Positions 27,499 through 39,032 of a DNA stretch of 64,000 nt are shown one piece after another. A model generated the notes under the pieces. That model saw only the letters and a list, made by a program, of their open reading frames with translations, searched no databases and was not told where the DNA came from. The first letter of the stretch is position 1. Every line of letters begins with the position of its first letter. Source of the stretch: Lingula anatina (Eukaryota > Animalia > Brachiopoda); contig CM120640.1 of assembly GCA_051362555.1 (NCBI GenBank), positions 18,290,001-18,354,000 of the forward strand, written 5' to 3'. The position numbers and the translations under genes were made by a program.

Positions 27499-28170
27499 AG
27501 TATTTTATTATAAGTATTATTTAAAAATGACAAATAAAATAAATCATCACCAAAGTGAGGGTCCACTTATCAAACATTATGTTAAAGTATAAGGGAAGAG
27601 ATGAACAAATTACTGTATTAATGTCACTTGGTTGTCCCCTCAATCAGTTAATGAATATCAAAACTATGTAAAACATGAAAAAAATATTCAAAATTGGTTT
27701 AGTAATTTTACTAGTACTTCAATAATTTATCATTCATACCCTTACCAAAAATTCCTATAGGAATCCCTAAAGGACCCTATGGGACTCTATAGGAATCCTA
27801 CAGTACTCTTTAGGAATCCTATAAGACTAGACTATGGAACTGAAGGAAATGTATCATACATCCCACCATATATCCTACAGGAAACATGTCCTATAGGACT
27901 CTTAAGGATTTGAGGCCAATTTCCTATTGGGTCTTACATGGCAATATAGGATTTTGGGACAATTTCATCCAGGGATGCACTGCTGTACAAAAAGGTGCTA
28001 CAATAAGTCTGTGCTCTCTGTGCCCTGTACCGTGGGTGTCCATCACTTTCATGTAAGGATTTTGGTAATGCGATTAAAAGCACCCCACTTCGTTTAATCA
28101 TTTCTTCTGCACACTGTGCTTACTTACCACTGTATGTTTTCTGATGCACCCATAATTTGAATAGTTTCAT
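616..28170 (-). CDS. DEPDC5: GATOR1 complex subunit DEPDC5 (Iml1 homolog), about 39 coding exons
   Basis: Spliced translation starts [50 protein letters not shown]. It continues with DEPDC5 hallmarks [125 protein letters not shown], the DEP domain ([10 protein letters not shown]) and C-terminal [26 protein letters not shown]. Exons include 28128-28170, 27292-27379, 27100-27149, 23834-~24021, 14749-~14924, 6561-6643, 4076-~4208, 3563-3665, 3023-3250, 2446-2609, 1338-1509 and 616-1184. Introns checked are GT-AG except one GC-AG. Confidence 0.97.
4255..4358. repeat. Compound (TG)n(TA)n(CA)n microsatellite, self-complementary
   Basis: Read directly from the sequence. Confidence 0.95.
7368..7462. 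repeat. (TA)n followed by (TTA)n microsatellite
   Basis: Read directly from the sequence. Confidence 0.95.
7928..13242 (-). mobile_element. Upstream copy or part of a HINE/pearl-like element, interrupted by the P-like transposon
   Basis: 7928-8102 plus 12008-12230 align with 13243-13643; both begin AACAAGA. About three 161-bp core repeats follow at 12750-13242. Confidence 0.6.
8103..12000. mobile_element. Non-autonomous TIR DNA transposon, P-superfamily-like (31-bp TIR, 7-bp TSD)
   Basis: Perfect 31-bp TIRs CAAGGAGTTATAACAGAAGGAGATTACACGC (8103-8133 and 11970-12000), flanked by the direct repeat GCTGAAC (8096-8102 and 12001-12007). An empty-site paralog lies at ~13415-13425. No intact transposase ORF. 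Superfamily inferred from the CA-ended ~31-bp TIR and 7-bp TSD. Confidence 0.9.
12750..14590. repeat. 161-bp satellite-like tandem array (about 9 copies, interrupted at 13243-13643)
   Basis: The anchor ATGCTGAAAAAAGTG (or a close variant) recurs at 12754, 12915, 13075, 13236, 13791, 13952, 14113, 14274 and 14435, with period 160-161 outside the interruption. Confidence 0.95.
13243..14678 (-). mobile_element. Helentron-associated non-autonomous element (HINE/DINE-1/pearl-like) with central tandem repeats
   Basis: Minus-strand layout: T-run, perfect palindrome TATGTACAGACACA-GA-TGTGTCTGTACATA (14645-14674), (GGCGAC)n microsatellite (~14596-14630), about six 161-bp core repeats, a unique ~390-bp module, and a CTTGTT end. 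No TSD seen. Confidence 0.8.
15388..15555. mobile_element. 168-bp MITE (CAGGGGC termini, hAT-like) with 5-bp TSD
   Basis: Imperfect TIRs CAGGGGCAGATCCAG and CTAAATCCGCCCCTG. AATAT on both sides (15383-15387, 15556-15560). Internal GACCGTCTTCC repeats. Confidence 0.8.
17013..17170. repeat. Perfect 69-bp direct duplication (period 89) in a DEPDC5 intron
   Basis: ATAGCTGCTATGTTTTACATG...GTTATATGTATTA at 17013-17081 and 17102-17170. Confidence 0.95.
17584..17826. mobile_element. Tc1/mariner-type MITE (243 bp, TA TSD)
   Basis: TIRs CACACAATGGACAATAGAAGTGTCACC and GGTGACACTTCTACTGTCCATTGTGTG (1 mismatch in 27), with TA on both sides. Confidence 0.85.
22313..22404. repeat. (TAA)n microsatellite
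   Basis: Read directly; it produces the spurious poly-Leu ORF at 22220-22414. Confidence 0.95.
23583..23842. repeat. Diverged ~130-140-bp tandem duplication that includes a DEPDC5 5' splice site
   Basis: ATTTCAAATAAATTTT...CAAACCATTGAG occurs twice (23583-23700 and 23713-23840). Confidence 0.85.
26355..26760. repeat. Degenerate ~33-bp minisatellite
   Basis: Recurrent CTACTTTACTGTCATCACCAACACAACAGTCC-like units. Confidence 0.6.
27739..27974. mobile_element. CCC...GGG-ended MITE-like element (EnSpm/CACTA-like) with CCTATAGG subterminal repeats
   Basis: Starts CCCTTACCAAAAATTCCTATAGG and ends TAGGATTTTGGGACAATTTCATCCAGGG. Many CCTATAGG/TAGGAATCC palindromic repeats. TSD not clear. Confidence 0.55.
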
Positions 28171-28420
28171 ATTGCTGAGCAAGTTTAAACTACTCGTTTT
28201 TTAAAGAACACCTTGCATCACAAATGTTTTTGGAAGTTCAGACCAAGGGTATGAAATGACTACCGATAAAGGCAGTTAGCCAGTTTTGTTGTATCGGTTG
28301 TGAGTTGTGAACATTTTTGAGCAAAGGCTGAGATTAGAGTGAAGATTCTATGTAATTTATTTCGCAAATTTACTGTTAATCTGAAGTCATTGTAGATAAA
28401 CAAAGAAGGATCAAAGCATC
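28171..28420. promoter_or_regulatory. Putative bidirectional promoter shared by DEPDC5 and MRPL16
   Basis: Only 250 bp separate the divergent ATGs (28170 minus, 28421 plus). Confidence 0.7.
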
Positions 28421-31056
28421 ATGTCTTCTGTAATTTTGAGACAGTCTTTATTAAGGTCCAATAAGACAGGTGATTTTAAACTTTACTTTCATTTCATACG
28501 ACCAAGACGATTGTCACTGGTTTGAACTCTTGTCTAAGTGAAGAGTTTGCTGGGCATTATTTCAAGAAAAATTAAATCTCTTTCTGTTAAAGTAACAGTA
28601 GCAACATAATTATGTTACATAATTTTGATTTTAGTTATATAAACATGTTGACAAAACAGATCTGTAGGATTTATTGGAATGTAAACCAGTTAACACTGTT
28701 ATTTGGTCTAAGCTAATAGCTAGAGTACCCATTTCTCAGACTTTACATTTTCTTTTGTTTTAAAGAAACATATTTTTTTTCATTTAGTGCTTATGCCATG
28801 TACAGTTCTTCCAATGGCAACATTTCGTAAAAAACCCAAGTTCAATCCGAAACCACCTCAAGATTATAGCTGTAAGTACATATATATATACCACTGTACC
28901 CACAACTACTCTAGTTTATCATACATTTTACTTGATTATTCATATGGCAGTTCATACCTGTGACAGCATGATTGAATTTTAAGATAATGCTTCAAAGGTA
29001 TAGTCTTATTAAATTAATGCAAGTAATGTAATGAAAATTTACTATACTTGTTTGATTTTTTTTCTTTCGAATTTCACAAATTTGTGGTGACGTCATTTGA
29101 TAAACAACTTTTCTATACTTAGATTTATTGTTTATGAATTTACCCTTTTAGATCAAGTTCAACTCATTAATATGTCAGGAAATCACAATTAAGAATAAAT
29201 TTCTCTGTCAAAGTTTAATGGGATGACAGTAAGTAAAAATTCATAATTCCAGGGGTTAAAATGCCAGAAAGAGGTAAATTGAAACTATATGAACGCATCC
29301 CCCAACCAAACAAAATGCAAGTGAGGATTTGGGGAGAGGGTCGAATCAAAGAAACATCGCGGAGTATTGACACTAGAGGTCCAGAACTCTTCCACAATAA
29401 TTTGAATCATAAACAGTTTGGAATCAGGGTAAGTTGTTGAAAAGTTCTCAGCAGTATTTATTTAGCAAGCACTATAATATTGTAGTGTAGACCTCCATAG
29501 TGGAACAAATGTTTATTTTTATTAGAAATGTAATATTTAGATGGCTCTTACATGAATCGTAATTCATTCAAAACACTTTATTACTGTATAGCTTTCAGGA
29601 AATTAATTTTTAGTTGAGCTTTTGTACCTGCAGAGACTGTTTGGTTATCTTAATTAAATTGTGTGATATCCAGTAGGGTGCTGGATATTACAATTAGTAC
29701 ATTTCATTGCATTGCATATGACTGTGAAGGTGGAGCATTTTCCAACTAGTATAAATACTGTTGCCTTCTAGTAGTGTGAGGAGCGTATGCTGAAATTTTG
29801 AATGCAGGGTGTTTACATGTTGCAGAGTGCTGAAATAAAAGTGTTGGAAAGAACTTTTTGTCTTCTTTTCATTAATCTGTAATAAATTGTTTTCTGTGAG
29901 GGAGACTTGTGTCAGCAAGAAAAAGAAAAAATTGTCTCAATATATAACTTTTTGGCAAAAATCATTTTTAAGATTGTGACACAAAACATTTTCAAAAGTT
30001 TATTGGTCTGCTTGTTTGTTTCTCGCAAAAAAATTTTTGCAGGTACTTTGTTTTCCTTGTTTGAGATATTTTATATTGTAGAGTTTGCAAATCTTTGCTT
30101 TGTGAGCACTTTTATTTGTATATGATAAAGTTATAAGTTGTCATTGAATAGTGATTTTTAAAAAAATTTTATATTTAACTTTGTAATGTTTTACTATAAA
30201 AGTTTCCATCTCTTGTAAAAATAGCATAATGTTGTACTTTGTATATACAAAGCGAGTCAAACACTAATTATTAAAAATGATATCCAAAATATTTTTAATT
30301 CAACAAAATTTGAATTACTCTATAACATTGTAATATTCATCATCTTTCATTGTAACATTCTTTTAACACTGTTTGCATCCATTTAGAATAATTAACATTG
30401 TTATAGTTTTTGGTATGTTTACAAGGTTGTATTCTTTTGCTTTTAGTCACCAAGTTTATCATCTGAAATCATATTATTATAATACTCAATATTTTCCAAT
30501 TCCACACTTTTTACATTGTAAACAGTGCTGAGATGTTAAGTGCATTCTTTAAAGATAAAATTATTATTATTATTATTATAATTATTGTTTTCCCCAGGCT
30601 TTACAAGGAGGTGAACTGAAGTGGGGTCACTTTGAAATGATGAGAATCAACATCAACAAAATTATAAATGAAGACAACATGTTTGCTGTGTGGAGAGTTC
30701 CAGCCCCCAATAAACCTGTCACCAATAAAACAGAAGGTGCCAGAATGGGAGGTGGAAAGGGACCAATTAAATATTATGTGACTCCCGTAAAAGCAGGCAG
30801 AATAATACTGGAGGTCGGTGGACATTGTGAGTACAAAGAAGTGTCTCGCGTCCTAGAGCTTATGGCTGCCAATTTGCCCTTCAAAGCTGAAGCCATCACT
30901 CATGAGATGCTTCTGGAAGAACAGGAAAGGAAAGAGTTTATTGAGAAGAACAATAAAAATCCCTTTGACTTTAGGTTTATGTTGAAGCACAATATAAATG
31001 GCTGTAGGAGGTACGCTGGAAGATATGACTGGAAGTGGCAGGGAAAATACAAGTAG
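28421..31056 (+). CDS. MRPL16: Mitochondrial ribosomal protein uL16m (39S L16), 4 exons, 255 aa
   Basis: Exons 28421-28469, 28788-28871, 29253-29428 and 30598-31056 (768 nt, frame consistent). Motifs DTRGPE, ALQGGELKWGHFEMMR, MFAVWRVPAPNKPVT, RMGGGKGPIKYYVTPVKAGRIILEVGG. Basic, presequence-like N-terminus MSSVILRQSLLRSNK. AATAAA at ~31271. Confidence 0.96.
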
Positions 31057-31508
31057 CAGAAAAGGTGTTAATATTGCTGTCTGTTTCAAAACTTACTGTC
31101 ACATTTACAGTACAGTGGGTGGGTGTATGTACCTCAGTACATCAAGCAGTAGGCATTAAAATCTACCAACAGACATTTAGTTGGTTATATTTCTGATTAG
31201 AAAAACCTGAATACAACTGTTTCAGAATGGTAACATGTTGTTTAATACCTGTAAGTGGTACCATGAAACAAATAAAGCCACAAAAAGAGATAATGTAAGT
31301 TTTTTTCCTTTTTCATTTTTTTACTTTAGATAAACCTGTACAAGGTTCAAGTCGCCAGTTAACATAGTTTCTGTTGATTTGTTCACACCTACAGATAGAT
31401 TAAAACATCGCTTTAAAAGTTATGAAACACTCAGAAGGTTATTCCAAACTAATTTATTCAACTATAGTAATATAGTACTGAACATGTGAATGAAAACTAG
31501 CAGAGCTA

Positions 31509-34500
31509 CTAAAATACATCATCTGATTTCCCGCGTATGTTGGGATTACTGATAACAGTAGATCTGTCAGAATCCTCATCTAAGTCTGAACTAAAAATGA
31601 CCTGGTAAGCCTGTAAGTACTGTGAGGTACCTGCAGCAGGCATAGGGCACATGTATGAGGAGTACTCTTCTAAAGATGGAGGAACATTAGTACTGTCCAA
31701 ATCGTATGTTCTACCACTATCGTAACTACTTCCAGCAGTGGGTGAATACTCGGATTGGGAGACATCCCAGTCCATTTGTAAACTCATTTCATTTACAACC
31801 ACTTCTGCCGAATCATCGTCCTGCATTGTCGGAGTTGAGAACCAAGCTGGTAGAAGCTCCTCTGTCATGGTATTGGCTATGGTCAAGCCATGCAACATGT
31901 GGTCTGCCCTTCTATGTCTGCTTGGACTCTCGGCCAGCAGACGGACCTGATGTGCGACATCCTTGGCCAAGGTGTTCACCCCTTTTCTCCTCTGCGTCCT
32001 AGTCTGCTTCCTGTACCACTTGACAGACTTGTATGTTAACAGTGTCACCAGGAGTAACACACTGGCTGCTATACCCACTGCTGTCAGTGTGATCATTTTG
32101 TCTTCTTCACCTGCAATACAGAGCAGCAAAACTGTACACAAGGACAAGAGGTGGATGTAGTGTTTTCTTGCTTTACAGCGATCCGTTTAAAGATGGGGAG
32201 GGAAAGAGATTAGGCCTTTCAGATTTCATGTGGAAAGTCAATCTTTTGATACATGTACCAAAATATCTAGTAGAACAAGTTTATGGTATAAAATAAAGTA
32301 AAACTAAACAGTTTTCAAAATTGCCATATTTGAAAGTATTTGAAAGTTTTATTGTAGTCTTTGAATTTTGAAAATCGGGTTCAGGTGTAGTTTTTTAATC
32401 TTGGATATTTTAAAATTTAATTAGATTTATAATCTTGAATGCTTAAAACATGCAAGAAACTGAAGCATAAAGCTTTATATTAATTATGATAATTTTTAGC
32501 ACACTCTATAAAAAATCTCAATGCATCTTACATGTTTAAAATGATTAAAAACAAAACGGTAAAATGACAATAACAATATAAAGAACAGCAAACTGCTTAG
32601 CTAAAATACAAGGTAAGAAATGCTATCTTAAAATACTCGTACCCTGTAAGCAACCTTAAAATACGCAAACTTTGAAAGAGTCTAACGGCGTCAGACTTAC
32701 ACCTGTTCTCATCACTGAGATCAAACGCCCCACAGTTTGGCATGGCGTCGCACTCCAGGGAGGGATGGATACAATACTGGGGAAGGTTGTAACACGCCAG
32801 TCCCCTTCTGTCCAGGCAAACCTGGCCCCCAGCACACTGGAAACCACGACACTGGGCTGAAAGATGATATTTTAAGATTGTATTCAAATAAACGTCATTT
32901 TTTTTCTTCAAAAAGATGCAAATCTTGTTATAAGACGACGTTGTATTCTACACGAGCTGCAAACCTTGTCAACGACCGAAAAGTATTTCGAATTTCAGTG
33001 TTTTTCTGAACAAAGGTAAGTAGAGGGGCCAGACATCTTTGACGCATTTTGAAAATTATAGCAAAATGTAAATAAAAATAAAGAAGGAGACATGGAGACA
33101 AAAAAGATATATGGATTATAAGTCACTATGCAATGGCATACCTACCTGTTTGATCAGCTTGTACAGCCGTCCATACAAAGCGAAAACCTTTATTTGTGTG
33201 TTGCTTTGAATTTACGGAAAAGAACCTAAAATTAACGAATAAGTAGGTCTACATTTAATTGGTTAGCCAACTTAAGTAAAACTATTATCAATTATCTTGA
33301 CTTTTTCATAAAACGGTTCTTTCAGCTGATTTAATTGTCTAGAACCAAATAAATCATGATTTTTTTTAGTCTGGAATTTAATTGAGTAGAACAACAAAAA
33401 TTTTAGACAAAAAAGTTTTTCCGGCAATTAAAACTGTAATGAAATTATCGTTATTAAAACCAGATCACATCTAAGTGGGCTTTTTTTTAATTCGAGCATT
33501 AAATTGTCAACCGCATGACGGGTTAAAAGCGACAGCGGCGTAACATATAAAACGCAATCACCCCGGCTGCAAAAGCTTCCCAACTGAAGCATTTCGAATA
33601 CAACTGCACCGCCATTTTCCGTTTAGCTTCTGACAAACAGGCAGTGTGCGGTTGGTTTAAACCCGCTCTGCCATATATAATTTTTGTCTCCTTTGAAGGA
33701 CATTGATTTACTTAATATTCTGTAGTAGGGTCTACCTATCATAACTGTCATACATTATACATTGTCGCATCTTACTTATCCTACCCCACACGTTCGTTGT
33801 CTGTATACCAAGTCTGATGTAGCTTTTACGATTAATTTACAAACATTTGGTTGAATCAAAATTGAAACTAAAGCCACGACAAAAAACAAACATTAGATAA
33901 AAACAAAGAAAAACATGAACAGTCTCTATGAATAACTAAATAAATATAGAAGCATTATTGCAATGAAGAAAATCCAAATCCTTAGGCTACTCCATTTCCA
34001 CTACATTGCCCCAGAGATGGGAACAGCTAGGAGTGGAGAAGAAAGGCTCTGAATTTCATTCAAATCAATAATTAAAGGTTTGCTACAGTGTAGGCCTATT
34101 ACCTGACATGCACGCTGTTGGATCCAGACATGAATTCTCTCACACCTTGGTCGTAGAGCATAAGTTTTCCGCAAACGACCGCTTCAGGGTCATCCTGCAC
34201 CCGTCCAGGGTGGTTGAAAATGGAAATACGGGTTTCATTGCAGTGAACTGTAAGATATAAGATTACCCACGAAGTAAGTCTTTGATTAATAATCGCGGCT
34301 ATGTAGTGTATTAACTATGCGCTAGGGTTGATTGTTTATTGTTTCTTAAGCAATTAATAAAAAAGCGCGTTTATTCTATTTTACTCTCCCATCTTAGGAA
34401 AAAAGATTGGTGAATGAATCTAATCATAATGATTATTCAACTGTCAATTTAGTTAAAAAAATTTAAAAAGTCATTTTTGAAATTAATATATCGCTAATTA

Positions 34501-35600
34501 AAAAAAAGGCCAATGGCTTCTGATTTCCCCATAAACCAAATGTAAAAATTTCAAGACCAAATTACTGTTATTTCCTATATCAAGGTCTAGAAATGTGATG
34601 AGGATCTGTGCACTGCTTTCCACCTCTATGTTCCAGGAGCACAGGGTCCCGGGGGAGTATGGTTGAGGATACCCCGGGGACTGCAGGGTACCGCTACTCC
34701 CAGTGATCAGTTGGGGCCCACACGAACGATCATGGCGATGCGGTTCTGCAGACCCTAAGTAATAAAACATAATGTTGGTATATTTGTAATAAATAACATG
34801 GCCTATAACAGCCGCTTTGTTTTCGGTTTTGGTTTTTTGGTTAAAAAGCGTTTGTTCGTCGTTGTGAGGTCGATAAAGAAAATTAAGGTTTGACCTGAAG
34901 TATTGAGCTGTGTTTGGGATGTCTTGCCAATTTTACGTCTATAATTCAAGGTATATTGATTTCTTGCGTCAGGAAGGCACTTATAGATGTAGAAAACATT
35001 TAAAAAAATTATGAGCCTGGTAGTATTGTTGTTCAATTAACTCCGTACATAAATGATTTTCAAAAATCTCTTGGTTACACGGTAGAAGTTTGGATACGCT
35101 CCCCCGACAGCATGGACAAACTGAACGGCTTTTAGCCAAGTTTACCGTTGTTGATGAGAATAAACGCTGACAAACAACATAATCGCCAAAATTAAAGAAA
35201 TTTACATCAGTTAATCGAGTAAATCATTTTCTAATCTAATACTGTGTACAAAAAGCACGCGGATATTTGATCACCTGCAATCTCTATGGGATGGCGTTTT
35301 TTACATCTAATGCAGGGACACTCAGACGTAAGAACAAGGAAATTACGTGGAGCGATCAATCAGTAACGCCATTATCAGAAGACAGCACCTCAATGACGGA
35401 CAGCAATCCACTCTGTGATATCTTGATGACTCGTGTCCGTCTTGCAACAAAAATCTTTAATGGTATTACGCTGATAATGCGCTTTCACATCACAATCGTC
35501 CGCTCGGCGCTGCGAGAAGCATTGATTCTTTGGATTCTTTGTGAAAATTACGGAGCATTAATGCCACTGAATGTACCGTCATTGTTGTCATTCCTTTCCT

Positions 35601-35644
<44 letters not shown>

Positions 35645-38043
35645 GCGGAAACATGCACGTGCACACACACGCACACACACACACACACTATCTCAAGCCA
35701 AAATACGTGCACACGTATTGAACATTTTACTTGCAGCTTGGACCCATCACGCATGTATAAAGGGTCTAAGTTTGCAGCAATTCATCGTTAAAGAAACTAG
35801 GTCCTTCTAACTGCCGTCTATTTGCACTGGATGTAAATGGATGTGTTTTCCCTTCGGAGTAATACTGCAATATGATGTTGCTACTAGCAATTGAACCATT
35901 TATCCTTTTTTTATTAGATTGCCTGACTGGTATTCCCTTTGCCTCTTTCGATTTCCACTCAATCACTCAGATTCAACTAAAAAATTACCATACAATACGC
36001 CATGCATTATCTGATAAGGACTTCGGATGTATAACTAATATACTTACTTTGAATACTTCTTGTCTACAAAACATGCATTTTAGGGCATCAAAATAAGGCC
36101 ACTGCGAAAAAGGCCCATGCTGCAGTTAATAAAATGTAATTGATTTATAGGTTTTTTGGTTGATCAGAATTTAGTTGAGCCCGTCGGTGAATCAGTTTTT
36201 CTATGGGTACGTCAAATGAAACAGTTTGGGCATTTCTCTCCTCCCTAAAGACATAAAGATGCAGAGCACATATACGAACCATGATATTTCATTCCCTCTT
36301 TATAACCCACCATCTGTCCAGAACGTATATCTTCCAATAAAGCCATACTGTCCCTGCCTATAGGGGTCTTCCAGACTGGCGTTCCTGCGGTACCTGACCA
36401 CAGCGTGAGGTGAGCGTGATACCACAGTAGGTGGACGTACGTGTCTTCCACACAGTTCTGATAAAAGATGCTCAGTGCCGCGGTCATCCACGGAGTATAC
36501 AGTGACATCTCCGCCCGAACAACTGGAATGTAAATCTATTGTGATCCCTTGGGTATATCATCTAGCAGAAAAACATTAGATGAACAAATCAACTCTAGTC
36601 TTAACTATATCATAATTCATCCTTGGCGACTTCAGTTAAGTGACAGTGCTCTGTAAAACAAAGTCACGGATGTGATTGTTTTTAAACTTGAAAGTTTCAT
36701 TTTATTTTTTTTTACATTTCGATGTTTGTGAATTTTGAAATCTTGGAACCAGTTGGTTGTTTATATACGCTACATACGCGTGCAAAAGGAAAAAAGAAGT
36801 AAAATTTTAAAAAAAGATAAATTATAAAGGAATAAATAAACTAAGTTTGATTTACCTGCCGTTGATTTCTGTTCCTATGCTTAAAATATCAAATTCAATT
36901 TTCACCCACATCAGGGCCTCTGCTTTGAATGTATACGAGCATTCAGTTGCGTTGATATTCTGTCCAGACGTGATTGCAATGTTTGGGGAATAGAAGCGCC
37001 CAGACCTCACGTTTCTGCTGTCAAATTCTTGGTCACAGGATTGAGTCGAGTCTGAAATCTCAGAAAAATTTACGGGGTCATTGTGTAGAAGAACAAAATA
37101 TATTCTAGTGAGGTCTAAGGGTGATCGAAAACTTTCATCCTAATGACTAATGAATCCCAAATACTATTTACTATACGGCTTTAAAATAATTTTATATCAT
37201 GATTGCCACAATAACATTTCTAATCGGATGACATTTGTGTAAAATACTCATTACTGAATAACTTTTTTCATCCTCAGATATGTAAATCGGCATTGTGAAA
37301 GGAGTACAACAAAATACTGTTCAAAATACTACTTCTTCTTAGTTGTAATGTTTTCTTGTTGCAATAGGTTTTCTTTCCTCGTGGCTGACAATCAATTTTG
37401 TCATGGTCATCTAAAATCCATCCGGACACAAACTACAAAGGTCCCTTCCGCCACTTATTTTTAACCTAAACCTTATATCATCTGCGCCTCTGTTTACTTT
37501 GACACGATCACAATATACTTTTTAAATACTTTTTTATTAATATTATCAAAAGTTAATTTACCGGATTTAATCGATATCGAAGACACTTTTTGACCCGTTT
37601 GTCGGTCTGTCTATGACATTGTTCATCACTGAAGAACAAACATCATTTATCTGGACGCAAACACCTTGCGTGTGCACAGGCAAGTTAATTTGTCGTGATA
37701 TTTGTTCTAGCATGATGGCGAGGACGTCTCTCCTGAATGTGACACTGCACGAATGACTACAGGGCTGCACTGAGCTAATTAGAAACCATCGACTTTCTAA
37801 ATATTAAGCAAGCTATGTTCTCTTTTGTTTTCAAAATTCTACACAAAAGTATATCTTTGATGTTTAAATGAAACTGACTTTTTGCAGTTAAAATGACCCT
37901 TGGATGGCGGGTCTCCAGGTCGAGCTCTTTTTCTATAATCAATTAATATCAGATGTTCTATCAAAGAAAGTGTGTAGACCCTTACATAGACGTTCCAGGT
38001 GATCAACATTTTTCTTATTTTCTCTCGATAATCATTATTATTG

Positions 38044-38091
<48 letters not shown>

Positions 38092-38390
38092 TTGTTTATC
38101 TATATCTTTATTTTTAAATAAACTACACAAATAATACCTAATGATGCAAAAAAAACCCATAAATATATGTTCGTTTTTTTTCTTTCTTAGTCCTTTTTTC
38201 CTTAAACCTGAAAGACCCAAAGCTATTCATTAACAAAATACATTTTCAGCTCCGGTTAATCATTTACGTTGAATAGTTTTACGTCCATTTACTTACCCGT
38301 TATACATATGCATATTAAAGATACCATGCAAATAAGGAGCACTAGATTAACCCCATTCTTCGGGATAAATCCTGACGACGCCGGCGACAT
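31509..38390 (-). CDS. Neuropilin and tolloid-like (Neto-like) type I membrane protein: signal peptide, CUB, CUB, LDLa, TM, cytoplasmic tail; 8 exons, 557 aa
   Basis: Exons 38297-38390, 36856-37051, 36311-36522, 34566-34754, 34103-34247, 33146-33225, 32701-32856 and 31509-32110 (1674 nt, phases consistent). CUB1 CDQEFDS..SGRFYSPN..CSYTF..LCG..GFIGRY. CUB2 CGPQLITGSSGTLQSPGYPQPYSPGTLCSWNI..GFRFVW. LDLa CIHPSLECDAMPNCGAFDLSDENRC. TM ITLTAVGIAASVLLLVTLLTY. Architecture matches Neto/SOL-2, but orthology is not established. Confidence 0.88.
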
Positions 38391-38981
38391 GTTTATTAAT
38401 CAGAAAAATGTTTCAAAGTCCAAACGCAGGTTGAACATGTCCTTCTTCTTTCAACAACACGAAAATCCTTTCATTTCCTCCCACAAATGCTGCCGCAATT
38501 TGCACTCAAAGAAAGACCCAGGCACGTAGAAAAGATATTTCCGGGATTCTGTCAAGCTGTGAAACGCACAAAAACTCAGCAAGCGAGTGATGTCGTCTTA
38601 TTCTTAACCGCCCTGCAGGCGTTTCTAAGATGCCAAAGGACAGTTTAGAAAAACACGATGTCCATTGTGAGCACGACCGCTTTCTAAACCAGTTTGGAGG
38701 ACTGGGTTTAGGCATCGAGTTTTTCAACTCAATTACTGATACAGAGTTCCTTTCTGTTGTCCTGTGCGACGTGATTGCTGAACTCATCTTCGCATCAATT
38801 TTCAAGAACAAGTAAATCAATATCTTCCCCCCAAATTTCTATTCATAATCAGCGCTTTCTACCCACTAGAGTATTGCTGAGCATTGATTTTGAAAATAAG
38901 CTAACAGAATCATTAACGGAAGGGATTGAAATCAATGTTATATCTCATTTGTGGGCCTTTATATCTATGTATCCATCGCTT

Positions 38982-38984
<3 letters not shown>

Positions 38985-39026
<42 letters not shown>
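38985..39026. repeat. (GA)n microsatellite upstream of the Neto-like gene
   Basis: Read directly from the sequence. Confidence 0.95.

Positions 39027-39032
<6 letters not shown>

Noticed and set aside
35267-35810. ORFs of 174 aa and 79 aa in a Neto-like intron
   Set aside because: Kept open by (CT)n/(CA)n microsatellites; no protein-like features.
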